From Pavona decussata (Eukaryota), in contig CDRNST010000198.1 of NCBI GenBank assembly GCA_977016875.1, positions 1,116,001 to 1,180,000 on the forward strand: 64,000 nt of DNA. The letters run 5' to 3'. Positions within the stretch are counted from its first letter, which is position 1, and every line of letters begins with the position of its first letter. Positions 24,906 through 38,805 of this stretch are shown here, piece after piece. Below the pieces are notes generated by a model. That model worked only from the letters and a program-made list of their open reading frames with translations. It was not told the DNA's origin and ran no database searches. The position numbers and the translations under genes were made by a program.

Positions 24906-27900
24906 TTATTTCTTCTGCGCCGGAGTTGGGAGAACAAGCGGCTGCGCCAGTTTTTGCTGTAAGAAAAAATAAACCATAATTTAGAATTTCTGCGCGAGTT
25001 TAAAGGGAAGACTATCACCTGTTTTTAGTGTCATTGAAAAGCCAAAAGACATGCAGTCGAACCTCCCGTAAGCGACCACCCAGAATGCCAAGATTTAGTG
25101 GTCGCTTACGAGAATCGAACCGCAGGGGGTCTCTTCTGGGAGCAGGTCTGACACACCTAATTATTCGAAGATATTTTACTGCGTATATTTTCCTGGTTAC
25201 ATTACGATCAAGGCCAGGTTGTCACTAAAAGTTCCTCGTAAACTCTGAGTGTAGCGTGGTACATGCAGCGGACATAGAGATCAGATCATGTGTCGAGTGG
25301 TCGCTTTCAAGCGGTTAAAAGAAATGAAAACTTGTAATGCTGTCACCTCAAAAAGGTGGTCGCCGTCCCTTATAAGAGGTGGTCGTTTACGAGAGGTTCC
25401 AACTAAAGGGCTTTGACTGGGAAAAACATGGTGTTTTGTTTTAGGTGGTTGCTTATGGGAGGTGGTCGCTCACAAGAGGTGGTCGCACATGGAGGTTCGA
25501 CTGTATTTGTATGGATCGAACAATAAAATAATGGTTTTTGTTACCAATAACCCTATTAGTGCACAGAAACTAGTATCATTTATCTTTGCCTGTAGATGGC
25601 TGGGATGGAAATGGATTGCAGCTTGCAATTTTTCATTTCAAGTTCTCCATGTATAATTTGGAGAAATCGCTTAAAACTGCTTACACTTTATTGTTCCTTG
25701 GAGAAAACATTTCATATTTCCCACCCGGTGCAAGAGTAAGAGAAATAGGTTGTTTGTGAATTATTTGAGTAGTTTTTATCGCCATACGGAAAAACCTAAG
25801 TGATGGCCCTCTTATCAGACAAAGTTACTTTCCCCCAAAGGACGTTCTTGATAACTTCCAGGACCCAGAAAATACCCCCCTCCCCGAGGGATTCAGCTCT
25901 GTATAGAAAGACAACTCACCTGTAGCAATTCGACATTCCTTCGCGCCGCATCGTCTAGAATGGCAGGTTGTGATGGGCTCAAGTGAGATGCGGTGTTCAG
26001 ATGGAAGGTCTGCAAAGAACAAAGTAGTATAGTGCAAGGAAAGCAATTACGGACGTATTAAACATTTGGGACTGTTCCGGAATAGAAATACCGTATTTAT
26101 ACGGTGACTGTTGGTCCCTGCTTCTAGGGGAAAAGGGACAGCGCAGTGGTGAGAGCACTCACCCCCCACTAATGTGGTCCGGGTTCGATTCCCGAACTCG
26201 GCATCGTATGTGGGTTGAGTTTGTTGTTGGTTCTCGTCCTTGCTCCGAGAGGATTTTCTCCGGCTACTCCTGTTTTCAAATCTCTTCATAAACCAACATT
26301 TCTAAATTACAATTTGATCTGGAAAGTGTCCCCAATTAGTGGTCTGCGCTAAATACATTGAAATATTTTTAACCTCCCTGGGCGCTTATTTAATTTTGGG
26401 CCCATGAGGGTGGGCGTTTATTCGAGGGTTAGAGCTTATTATTCTCCCAACACTTTCATCAAGCGAGGACATTTTAGAGAATAATAAAACAAGGGATAAC
26501 AAGTTCATTTCGCTCCAATAAGACAAAACAAAGTTCAAAAGCTAACATGAACAAGCCATAAACAATACATAAGTTCATGGGACACAAGAATTCACCTGTC
26601 GATTTCCAAGCGGAATAAGAACTTCGGCATCTGTTGCAAGGGGTCCATGGTTGACTATTGGTGATCCACTTAAAGACATGATTCTGTGAAAAAATAAATA
26701 TTTAAATAAATAATATACCAGCCGTCACCTAGACCACCTACACCAACGCAAACCAACCGGCTATACCAGTCGTCACCTACACCAACGCATTGATGAGCAT
26801 CGATTCTCCGCCATCGGGAAGCACCTGAAGAACGATGACCAAGTTGACACAATTGGCGACCTGACAAGCAACTTCATCATCCTAAAGAAATGTCAGGGAA
26901 AGCTTGATTGCTTAATCTTTGAAATGCTGTGCATCCGCAAGAAGAAACCGAGTCTTAACACTCAGTCAGACTCCATTCGCGCGAAACTATTTGTCTAACC
27001 CAGTGAACGGACATAAAGTCTCACTTTACAACACCTCACTGAATGAACACCAGACAGTTACTTTTAGTCTTAATTTAATTTATTCTATTTCACACCTTTA
27101 GTTTCTGTAGAAATTATCTTTTCTGTTGCATTCTTTACTTGATAAATGGTGTTTTTAAAAGATGACACCGAAACGTCGTTCCGTGTTTTCGCCGTATTCT
27201 TTTAGTCAATTAAATGAATAAATAAATAGATAAATAAATAAATACAATAAATAAATAAAAAAAACAGAAACGAACGAACGCTTTAACTGTATTTGTTCCA
27301 TGCTAGCCCATTATCAACGAGGACCCCAAACATACCTAGAATCTAAGAATTTTAGGTGGACCCACGAAAAGCATTTAAGATAACGCTCCAAATGTTGTTT
27401 TCTGTTTTTCCAAGGTCAATGTCCTGCCATAGAGGTGATGTTTGTGTCGCTAACAAAGTTTGATCAAATAGAAGAAAGATCCTGGCAATTGGTACACAAC
27501 TGCTTAAGTTGCGTACTAACTGCGAGGATCTTTCATCTGCAGACTCATATACAGTCAACTCTCTCGTAAGTGACCACCCTTGGTGCACGACAAAGTGGTC
27601 GCTTACGGGAGGTGGTCGCTTACGGGAAAGATCAATAAAATAAGCCTAATGCTAATGCTAAGCCTAATTAATTACCTTAAAATATTACCCTCTCAGCTAA
27701 AATTAGGCAAATTGAAACTAATTTATTTGATTTTTTCACATCTATTCATTCTTCTGACGAAACTTTGTGTAACATTTTGGAATTATGTCAAACTTCTGGC
27801 CTAAAACGTGGTCGCGGTCCCTTAGAAATTTGAGTGGTGGTCGCTTACGAGAGAGCTCTTGAAACAGTATTTAACTGAGAAACAAAACGGTTGTTTACGA

Positions 27901-30900
27901 AGTGGTCGCTTACGGGAGGTGGTCGCTTACGAGAAGTGGTCGCTTTGAGAGAGTTGACTGTATTTACACTCAAAGTGTGATCTGTTTGTATTCTTGGCCT
28001 GAATTTTCAGTTAAAGGAAGGTGCCTACTTTTGTTACTGCGCATACGTTCTGCTTTCGTTACTGCGATAAATTCTTTACAGTTGTAGCAGTACCAGCTTG
28101 ATTAACCCCTCCCCTGCGGGTACGTACGCCTCTCGTCCAAAAGGCGATTAAGACAACTGACATTATGAACACTGTATTCTCAACAGTTTCTCGCTAATTG
28201 GCTGAAACAAAAAAAAAACAGTTTGACTTTGATAACGGTAGTGTACAAGTCTCACTCACCTTTCTCCAGCTCTCGGTTCTCGTAGCAGAGCGGGGGTCAA
28301 TGGCAACCTAAACACACGTGGTAATCATTGTAAATACTTTTGACAGTTTATACTGCGTTGATATCAGCCTAGCGTTACTGTAAGGGCCATTCGTTTATCG
28401 CATCACAGCGAAATGGAAATGAAGTCACTCAGTCATAAGGATTTACAATTCGTTGACAATACAAAAACATTAGGGAGCTTAAGCAACGATGACGGCGACG
28501 GCAACAAGAACGTAAAAAACAAAAAAAAACAAAAAAAAAAAAAAAAACAATGGGCGCAACAGTTGGTTAGGGATTAAGGCTAGGGCTTAACCATTTCAGT
28601 TTTGAGAGGTGTGGGGTTGGGCACTTTTGCATGAGAGGACGCAGTGGAAGTCTACTGTAAGTACGAGGTCACGCAGAGATTTAATCTTTGCGGTTCCGTG
28701 AGGCGTCTGTAATCTCATTCAATATGACAGAGAATGAACGGCTCATGTTATTCTCACTTCTTTCTTTGCGATCTGGACAGTGTTTTTGAATATCGTAACT
28801 CGATACAAAATTACCGCATTACTCCTCACATAAGAAGATGGCGAGGATAAATTCGAATTAAATAAGTCTGTGGCCTGCCAGTGCTTATGTACGTACCGTC
28901 TAATGAGAGGTACCAAGCAATTCTTGATCATACCAATCAAATATTATATATTTATACCTTTAATTATATAAAAGGGACGCGTCGGCAAAATACCAAGATT
29001 GTATGACGCTTTGCTTGGCCACGTACTTTGTTTTGTAATGAATCAACAAGATCGATTTGCGCGAATTTCGCTGCAATTGTATGGTGAAAAAAATATTAGC
29101 CTTAATGTCGTACGATGCGTCCTGTGCACAAAGCTCGGAAACTAATCGCCATCCTTTTTGACCGGGCCTTTAGATCTACTAGTTGTACATTCACTTCCGG
29201 AACACAACATTCCCAACTAATGTTTCTATTGTTTTGCGATAAGCCGCTGGCTTTTCAAATTTGGATAATAACTATCACTGTGTGGAATTGCGGGCACATA
29301 TACAAGCATCTTGAAATGCGATCGCGTAATTATATTACGGCACTGTTTAGCGGGAACGAGAACGAAGCGCGCCCTTCCGAAATTGTGATCGATCATGCCG
29401 ACGAAAGTCGCGTGGAGGTTCATTAGAGGAAAAAAAAGGAAGATGCGCAAAGCAAGAAATAAAAGGAAGCAATTGCTAAGAGCCGCTAATGAAAGCGAAG
29501 CCGGACAGATGCGAAGACAAAACCTGAGAGACGTATTCTTCTGCTTTGGAATTGGCGCGTGTTAATTATGCGAAATGGTAGGCATTGAAGTAAAGGAAAT
29601 ACAAGGGACAGAACCAAGGTAAGTCTCGCTTAGTCAAGAAGACGTAAGTTATCACAGAAGAGCATTTGCCTAGACAACCACAATTTTGAATATTCACGCT
29701 TAACATAAACACGACCAACATGATCTTGCATTGTGCATCATCCGGGTTATTGTTCCGGGGGTAGGCGCCATAACATTCATAGTGTAGCAGAGCGGCCCTT
29801 AAAATTTATACTCCTGAACTTACAATGAAATGGAGCAATCCATACTCACTTTCAGAGCAGGGGGCACGACAAATTCACTTTGTGCTCGAAATGTCCAAAT
29901 TGTAGATGTATTTTCACACCAGACAAAACCATAATGAGGGGACTCTATAGAACACTTTTATCAGTGAGGTCAGTATTTTAAAAAAAATCAATAAAAAACA
30001 CGCAACTATGTAGCTGGTGAGGTAATGAAGGAAGTGACTATATAGCAAACTCGTAAAAATAATTAAATGCAAAATAAAAAAATGCACAGCCAATGTCGTG
30101 GTTGATATCGTTGTCATGCCCTCGTGTAACAAAACAAATAACGCTAATACACCAACTCAGCCTTTAATTTTTTATCCATGAGAACGGCGGGTGTCCCACC
30201 TGATACGGTCTGATGTAACGTAAAAAACGCTATACAGCAATTCAGCCTTTAATTTTTTATCCATCAGAACGGCGGGTGTCCCACCTGATACGGTCTGATG
30301 TAACGTTAAAAACGCTAATACAGCAATTCAGCCTTTAATTTTTTATCCATCAGAACGGCGGGTGACGCACCTGATACGGTCTGATGTAACGTAAAAAACG
30401 CTAATACAGTAACTCAACCTTTAATTTTTTATCCATCAGAACGGCGGGTGTCCCATCTGATACGGTCTGATGTAACGTAAAAAACGCTAATACAGCAATT
30501 CAGCCTTTAGCTTTTTATCCATCAGAACGGCGGGTGACCCACCTGACACGGTCTGATGTAACGTAAAAAAAAAACGCTAATACAGAAACACAGCCTTTAA
30601 TTTTACATGGTATGATGTGACAATGCGGTCACCAGTGTAGCCAGGCATCGGTCAATTGATATCGATCAGAATGGTGGATACCCCCCCCCCCTCCCCCCTT
30701 ACATACACGCTCTAAAATAACATGAAGTAATTTATTTCCACAAGACTGAAGGTTGTTTCTCCTTGTACAGTTTACTATAGCATCGTTAATATGATGGAAC
30801 AAGACAGAGGTATTAATATACATGTAACTCCTGTCGCGCGTGACTTGTAATGGGCGTTTTCCTCGCGTTTTGCGCTCGCCCGCGAAAGACACACGAAAAA

Positions 30901-32666
30901 TAACGCTTGTTCTGCGGGGCCAGTCTGATGTTTCTTCTATGGAAAAGTTCGTGTGCATTTTGCTTTCGTCTAAAAGTTAACTTTTTTTCCGGTGCAAATA
31001 TCGTACTCAATTTTCGGGTTCTTTTAGTCTCTTCGAAAAATCGCGAGACAATTAGTGTATCTGGTATCGCAGATTATAAGTGAAGAGAGACAACTAGTCA
31101 CAACATTAACAGGACCGCTCGCCAAATGCCATGGGATCTGATAATTTTGTCCACATAAGACTCCCTTACCCGGCGCAACTTTTTTGTTACAAATACGATA
31201 ATACTTTAAAGTAAATTTAAACTAATAGAGAGCAACTGTTTACTATGGTAGTGCCATGAATATGCATATTCTTCAAGATTCACCTTAATTAATGCATTTG
31301 TCATTGTACTGTGTTGACATAACACTCGTGCGATCACTTTTTTCAGGATTTCACTCCCAAGCTCACGATGTCTTTTTTTATGTTTCTTCTAACCGTGTCT
31401 CAAGGTGATTTAATAGCGCGCTTGATTTATGTCTGCCCTCTTGAATATACTCCGGGAAAATGTTGCACTTCATTTCAGAAAACGTATCATTTGCTCGATG
31501 ATTAAATTTAGATCATATTCTTTCGGCATACAATTTTGTGGTCTCAAAACAGAATAATCTAGGAATGCTTGTAAATTCTGCACCACGTTACTCACAGTAG
31601 AGAACGCCTGTGTCCTGTTATGCGCGTGATTGTTTCGTAATCGAAACCGTATATTTACACTGTCAAATAATTTGCAGGATCCCGTTACAGCATTTCTTGC
31701 CTCTCTTTCCCTCTCACGTCTTCTCTTTTTCCTTCCTCTCTTCTGCCTTAACCTTTCTTCATGAGTATCTCTGCGCCAGTAAATGGCCCGCCTTTGCGAG
31801 CTATTTTAGTCGGCCGCGTCCGCCACTTCGAGTAGCGCAATTACATTGTACATTTGCATTTACTCTAATTTCACGTCACGTTTTTATTTCTTGGCACTTC
31901 TTGATGTGACATGTAGTCCAGATCATATTCCTATACCCTGAATGTTTTGTTTTCGATTTAATTACATCCTCCATGACAAAAAAACAGATTACGACACCTT
32001 GCAAGTCCCAAAAGAAAAGAAGCCGGGTGAGTCTTAATTTGAGGAATGTTAGGAATGCTAGTAGATTCTACTAGCATTCCTTTGCGGAACTTACAGTCGA
32101 GCCCGCCTGCGTCCTGTCATGTTCAAATTCTGAAGACATTAACAAGGAATTCCTTTTTTGTTTCCCGGAGTATTTTCCATCTTACGTTTGCGTTTGCCTT
32201 TGGGATTCACACGTGTGAAATACAAGCGTAAGTAAATGAAAAAAATTACATTTCTTGCGTTGGCGCTTGCGTTTGCGTTGTGGTAGTTCACACATGTGTT
32301 TGCTTTTTCTTGCCCTTGCACTTGCGTTGCTCGTGTAAACCAGCCTCAAGTCTTTTCGTGATATCAAAAAGGAGAGATCACTTACATTTTATAGACTTGT
32401 TTTGGGCACTACGCCTTCCTCACAAAAAAATGGTAGTAAAAATAAAGTGATAACGGCTACCTCGTTTCCCGCAAAAATGACACTGGGTCATTCGTGCATG
32501 CACTCCTTCTCTTTTGGCGGGAAAATCTCGTACCCAAGCTAGCATCTAAAGGTCTCTAATATTGACTTACCGAGGATCAAACTTTGGCGTGACCAGTGGT
32601 ATGTGACTATAAGGCACTGCTCGTGCAGCTGGGGTTACAAACTGTGCTTTGGACTGCAATCGTTTG
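24906..32666 (-). CDS. CDCA8: Borealin/CDCA8-like gene, C-terminal exons: 32666-32571, 28307-28260, 26683-26596, 26009-25920, 24956-24906
   Basis: Five exons with AG/GT boundaries and matching phases splice to KRLQSKAQFVTPAARAVPYSHIPLVTPKFDPRLPLTPALLREPRAGERIMSLSGSPIVNHGPLATDAEVLIPLGNRQTFHLNTASHLSPSQPAILDDAARRNVELLQQKLAQPLVLPTPAQKK*. This resembles the Borealin TP(R/K)FD.R...R.P..GE...S..GSP motif and C-terminal dimerisation helix. Confidence 0.8.
25054..25503. mobile_element. MITE (Tc1/mariner/pogo-like ends)
   Basis: TIRs cagtcgaacctcc / ggaggttcgactg, TA on the right flank, internal gtggtcgc repeats. Confidence 0.75.
26133..26362 (+). mobile_element. tRNA-derived SINE
   Basis: gcgcagtggtgagagcac ... 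gggttcgattccc Pol III boxes followed by a body; a 3' fragment of the same family lies at ~34433-34560. Confidence 0.75.
26716..27260 (+). mobile_element. Penelope-like element 3' fragment (end of GIY-YIG endonuclease)
   Basis: Degenerate translation HLHQRIDEHRFSAIG.HL...FIILKKCQGKLDCLIFEMLCIRKKKPSLNTQSDSIRAKLFV*, followed by a UTR and a (taaa)n tail. Confidence 0.75.
27552..27960. mobile_element. MITE with TA target-site duplication
   Basis: ta|cagtcaactctctc ... gagagagttgactg|ta; internal gtggtcgcttacg repeats as in the 25054 element. Confidence 0.85.
30140..30603. repeat. ~86-bp tandem repeat, ~5.3 copies
   Basis: Unit aacgctaatacagcaattcagcctttaattttttatccatcagaacggcgggtgtcccacctgatacggtctgatgtaacgtaaaa. 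Confidence 0.95.
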
Positions 32667-33092
32667 CTGAAAGAAAAATGAGAGAAACATGAGATTAAGG
32701 GAACCATGAGCAACTTAAGCAGTAACTATCAATGTTAAGCAAAGAAAAATGTAATGTCTATACCATTTTTGATAAGAACCTTTAATTTTGGGTCTGAAGG
32801 TTGAACAATATTAATTTTTTGTTTTGTTTTTTTGTTTTGTTTAGTTTTATGTTTGTTTTTGTTTTTTTTTTGTTTTTGTTTCCTTTTTTTTTTTTTTTTG
32901 CTGTTTGAGCCTGAAAAGGTCCTTATGATGCTTTTTAAACTTTATAATGTGGCGTTTCAATGAAGCAACGTGTGTGTCACCGGAAACTTATAGACCAGCA
33001 TTACTCGCCGCGATGTGGTATCAAGTTGCTTGTGACATGGTTACGCTGCATACTCTAGTGCTTGGCCCAAGACGGCATGCCAACCAACTCAC

Positions 33093-35498
33093 AGTAGATT
33101 TGGACTTGTGAAAACTAGTGAACATAGAGGTTTGCAAAGTGACATAATGAATGGGTTAATGGGACTAAAGTCTATAATAAATAAGCCGTATTCACACTAC
33201 TTATTTTAAACAACAAATAGTCGAATTAAAAACCTTCTTAACCGACTCTGCCTGGAGTGTTCTTAGCATGTTCTTAAAATATCTTGGCCTCGCTATTCTT
33301 ATATGTATATATAAAAAAAAATGACTGTATGCGGCACTGCTGTATCGAAAGTAGCCCGCATATTTCACCAAAAAAGGCCACGGTTCTATTAGTCAGTTCA
33401 ATACCTTTGGCGAACATGGTCATGTTTGAAACTCTTTCTGCAGTACACACCTAAAAATGCTACAGTTCAAATTTAATATGCTACCAAAGCAACTTAAGAA
33501 CGATGCCTCTTGATACAGATGTATTTTTGCACAGTTTATGACTACGCGGGAAAAGCAGATCTTATCAAGGGTTACTGGGATCCAACTTAAAATTGGGGGC
33601 GACCACACATTTTTCAGAGCAATGATCATTCTAAAATGCTTTAAAATACAAAACAATGTACTACATTTTCATTTTTTTATATTTTAATTAAGGCATGATC
33701 ATCTCTGAAATTTGAGTGGCTACCCCCCATTTTATCCTTGGGTTTCAATCGCCTTTGATAATGTATTATTTTCCCGCGCGGACATAAACCACGGAAAATT
33801 ACCTTTGAGTTAACATGTATTTTCCTTAAGAAATAAGAGGTCCTCGTTTCCTCCATTTTCGAGATCTTCCTCGTGCATCTCTCGATCGGTCAAAGGAACA
33901 GGAGTTTAGCAGCAACTTTTTTTTAAAGATATTGGCCACAGACGTGCGTAAATTTAGCCTTATTCACACCAAAAAAAACCGTCAAAATTTTCTGTCCACA
34001 CCACTATTTTTTAAACCGTTTTTCGCAGCAATGATTCACAAACGCCACTGCCTGTCTATGGAGCATGCGTAGAAGCAATCTCGTGCCCAGAGTCCTCAGG
34101 CTCTTTGGCCAGCGGCTAGTCGCCTGGACAGTACAATTCTGTCAGCGTGGGTCGTCAGCGTTAATGTTTTGCGTCACGTTAAAAATTAAAAAAAAAAGAC
34201 ACAAGGCGGTTGAAAGAGTATAAAAAACAAGGCTCCTGTTAGCCAACTCTTGAATGCAGAGGTTAATGGTGGTAGTCGTAAAGCGGTACTCACATCAAAC
34301 TACGCTACAAAGATTCGTGGATGCCATGCCGCATTGCGGAAATGCATTATGCATAAACAATTAAATTACACACGCACTCTGATTCCTTTTGCGCAAAGGT
34401 CGACGTGTGCGTTCTTTTGGTGATTTTGCGTGGTTACTCCGGTTTTCCCTCTCCTCAAAAACCAACATTTCCAAATTTCAATTCGATCTGGAATCTGAAG
34501 GCCACAGGTTTGTCAGTCGTAACAGACTGTTAAGTGTCCCCCTTATGAAACAAAATTGATTTATTTATTTTAGTTATTAAATTTTAATTTTTTTTTTATT
34601 TGAATTTTCCCAATACAGCAGTACAACAGTGCTTTTCAAGTAAATACAACGGAAAAAATGCATTAAAAAGTCCACTTGTCTATTATTTTATTTTTAACAC
34701 TTGTTCTGGGTACAAACATATTTTTCCGTTTCATACTTAATATTTAACTACAAAACTATATATATTTGGTGGTACTTCAATCCTTCTGCAACTCCATAAT
34801 TTATTGGTATCCGTAGATCTAGGGAGATCATGGATCATAAATAAATAAATAAATAAATAAATAAACTGTAGACTAAGATTGCATGCTGAAGGAGACCAAA
34901 ACTAAAACCGAGAAATAATTAAGTTCTAGATGAGAAGCATAGATCAACAAAATTATTTTCATTTTGCAGGAGGGATAATTTGTATAAGGTGTTTTGAGCG
35001 AATGGGGACCACGGTCCTCTCTGCCGTCAGTTTTAGTATACTGTTGTAAATCTAATGTTTCAGTGGGCGTCCGTCCAGGATGAAAGGAAAAGCCGCTACC
35101 ATTTGTTCAGAGTGGGAAATCTTCGGAGGCTTTCAATAAAGTTTTCAATAATATATAGCTCACCAGGGCTTTATATATAATACTAGTATTAATCAAAGAT
35201 TAGGGAGTGCGTTCGATGATCTCGATCCCAGGCTCTCTCTCCTTTGTGATGTCGTCCGCCCCTGCAAAAAGATCTGTGGGGGAAGCCAGATACGCGTCCC
35301 AAGATCTATCCATTTATCCAACCAACGTTCTCCCATACAATCTCGACCGGCCAAGCCAATTAGGAGTGCGTTCTTCCTAGGTCAAACGCAATTAAAGCGA
35401 AACACTGATTAAGGAAGTTAAGTGCCCGTATTCAGTCTAGCGAAACTCAAATTGAGACTTTCCAAGTGGCGTTCGCAGTAAATGCCCTTTGCCCTTCC
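33093..35498 (-). CDS. Candidate additional upstream Borealin-like exons (35498-35451 and micro-exon 33114-33093)
   Basis: Phase-compatible and encode KGKGHLLRTPLGKSQ-F-FTSPNL-L. The donor after 35451 reads TTGAGT instead of GTGAGT. Confidence 0.45.
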
Positions 35499-35884
35499 CT
35501 AGGAGAAAGGTATGGCCTTCCATTCCAAAAAGCTGCAGAGCTAGATTGTATAGCAGAATAAAGAAGTATCATAAGAACGCAGTACTGCTCGATAGCTTTA
35601 ATATGAATATTCAGCAAAGCCGGAGTTAGAGTTCAATCAGTGACTCAAACTCTGGATTGAAGAATGTTCTACAGCATAACGAACACCAAGTGGGAAATTA
35701 TTGCGCTGTTATAGCTTTGAGGTCACAATAGCCATTTATTTAGAACATTCAACTTTAGGAATGCATTTGCACAGGAGTCAACATACCAAACCACCATGTA
35801 CAACACAATAAACAGTTGGTACGAGTTGTTCGAAGTACGACTACTGTTAGTCCAAGCCAATTAGCGCTAGCATGAGGACTTAGG

Positions 35885-36130
35885 CTATGTTCACACTTGG
35901 CTCTCGAGCACGCTCGGCACGAGTACGATTCTTGCTGGGCGCTAATGTGAACGCGCCCTTTTATCAAGTGTCCACGCCAGAATTCAGACTCGATGTCCGT
36001 TCCCAAATACAAGGTCGAGGTGAGGCCTTGTATTCGGGTACTGAAGTAGTTAACGATTCCCTGTGTGCACGCGTTTGGATTTTTTGTCCGGTGTTCAGGC
36101 ACTAATGCTCGGGTACCAAGTGTGAACATG
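35885..36130. mobile_element. Probable MITE
   Basis: Inverted ends atgttcacacttgg / ccaagtgtgaacat. Confidence 0.55.
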
Positions 36131-38549
36131 ACGTTATACGTCAGGTTTGTTCACAGTTGGCTCCAAGAGGTGCTTGCATGATACCGGCGCGACTTTCATT
36201 CCGTTACAAGTTACCTCCGGTTCCCTCTTTGGGGCCTCTATTCGTTTACAAGATAACAACAACAAAAAGATTTCATACCGAAGCGAGTCATACCGGTGCT
36301 AGTTCACCCCGGTTACTGTACCAGAGAAGGATTTTCATTCCGGTACGAAACCTTATTCTGATGTCATGTTAAGGCGGTACATCTGTTCTTTCCGGCATGA
36401 AATCACTCTCCGAGGAGTCATGGAACGGCTAGCGCATGCTTAGTCATCGACATCCAACACAAGATGCCGTCCCAATCACAAATTTGTTTATTTAAACACA
36501 CTTCGGCCGGCGTGAAGTGTCCCTTAATGTAAACACGATATGAAATCATTATGTGTTCCCATTATGAAAACTCGCACCGGTTCGAGTTTTCACATGTAAA
36601 CAACCCGTATGTACTAATTGTGATTCGGTAAACTTGGCCCAGTACTGACAGGAATGAACTACTCAGTATTCGCTTCATGTGAATGCTGGTCACACACAAG
36701 TGAGAGCATGGTTGTCACTCATCTGGATAAGGAAAAACATCCATGAGTTTTCAATTGCCACAAGACAATTTCTCTGACCTTTCGAGATAAATCCTTTGGC
36801 GATAAAACTAACGCTAGGCTCGATTACCAGTCGCTGTTCAGGAAGGAGCGACGGAAATCGAGCCTAAGCTGACGATCGACGGTGTTATATTTTCTGAAAA
36901 GATGCTACCTTTGCCAGAAAAGAGATACTTTCAGTTTACGACCTAGTTCTCTTTTACAATAATTTTTTTCTGGCTTTTTAGAGACCTTGAGGCAAAATTA
37001 TAATTTCCCTGCCTTGATATTTCCCCTGATATCGAGACATAACATCGATGGCATAGTAACCAGAACCGTATTTATAACTGGTTAGTTTCTTTTTTGTAAA
37101 CATCATACTTTGGTATCCCATTGCATTGCATAAAAATATAGATATACACACTTGTATTTACATTCAGTTTAAGCTGCCAGTTCGCGACGTTTTGTCGGCT
37201 GAAGATGGGCCAGAATCATTTCAAAGCTGGGAAATGTGCGGTTTAATTACTCAGTCGTTGTAATCTCCTTAGTTACTGCTGTCAAATTAGCTAAAGTTAC
37301 TATACTTGTTAAAATCTTAGGGACGTATATGTGTAAACATGAAAAGGAAGGAAGACAAAGGAAATCTTAGAGAAAGCGCCTACAAGGATGAGCTGAAAAG
37401 CAACGTTAATATTGAACTTTGTAGGCTCTTGTCATTAATTAATTGCACTATAGTATTATGTACCTCACCTTTTTGCAATGCGTAACACCTATGTATGAGT
37501 GAAAGCGTATACACTCGATTGAAGAAACTTTGCCAGATAAAAGGTATAAACCATGAAGGATAACACCAAACAACCTTCTGAAGAGCTTCTTTCCTTCTCA
37601 TGACCTTTTTTTGAATTCTTGTTAGAAAATAAAAGGACGCGCATTTTATTTAGGTCTTAAAATTTACATATTTCTAGCAGACAAAGGAAAAACAAAACAG
37701 GGAATATTCGCATGCTAATTAAATAACCCCTAAATTCATTCAGTTCGCTTTGTTTATGATTCACACTTTGAACGGGACACTGACGTTTCTTCAATCGAGT
37801 GTGTATATAGAATATTGAAGAGAATCAGCATTGTTTGGCTGCAAAAATCTACCCACAAAAAGCAATAAAAATGTCTTTTTTGACTTTCCATGAGCTGTAA
37901 AAGAATGAAAGCAATGAACAGTCGTTTTATATTTCATTTAACCAGCGTCTTTTTCCGCATCCAGCCTCAAGATTGAAAGCGGGGATTTTCCCGGTGACGT
38001 AATTGACAACATTTAAAAGGTGCCATCCCCTCCCCCCCCCCCCCCCCCCCCCCACTTCCTGAATGATGTATTGCCCACAAGGGGAAGAGGGAAAGCTGAG
38101 CAATTCCGGCTAGGGCATTTGAACACAGTCGAGATGTTCAGTTCAAATGTGCTGTGTATCAACAAAAAGACTTACTTTCCCTCATTGAAATTTGTTTATT
38201 CCTCTAAAATTGCCAAAATTTCCTTTTACGGGTAGATATGTTGATGTTAAATCCTTGTTTTTAACCAGTACAACTAACACAGTGATGTAAGGCCAACAAT
38301 ATTAGGGGGTCTTTCGCGGCATCCTTCGAAATTGGCAAAACAAACGACAACTTAACATCAACGACTGCTCCAAAAAGGGTGACAAAGGTGGTAACATGTT
38401 AACTTTGCACGACTCTCAGAAAAACATGACCGCTTTCGATCGGCTCTTTTCCGCACCTTCCGGTAGAATTCGGCCGTTTTGTTCGCAAGGCGTTAAATTT
38501 CAAAACCGCCGAGTTATCGATCTCGGATTGACTTCTTGATATCCCCCAC

Positions 38550-38805
38550 GTGCTTACCATTTACATTGAAAACCCGGAAATTCCAGTTAGAAAATCAAAT
38601 GGCATACGCATCATTCCATTTAGCGTACTTCTGAAATTATGGGCTTCTGGTCAAAGTGATGCATTTCTATTACTCCAATTGGGATTTACAACTGATGTTC
38701 ATACATTTTGCATGCTATCCATCTTCTGTTAAGACAAGCTAAATCATTTCGTATTTATGCCGGCGGAGAATTTCCATCCAGATGGTTTGCGTAAATGGTA
38801 AACAC
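38550..38805. mobile_element. Probable MITE
   Basis: Inverted ends gtgcttaccatttac / gtaaatggtaaacac. Confidence 0.55.

Noticed and set aside
23350-26200. tRNA-like sequences at ~23350 and ~26135
   Set aside because: They have A/B boxes but no complete cloverleaf and continue into repeat bodies, so they are SINE heads rather than tRNA genes.
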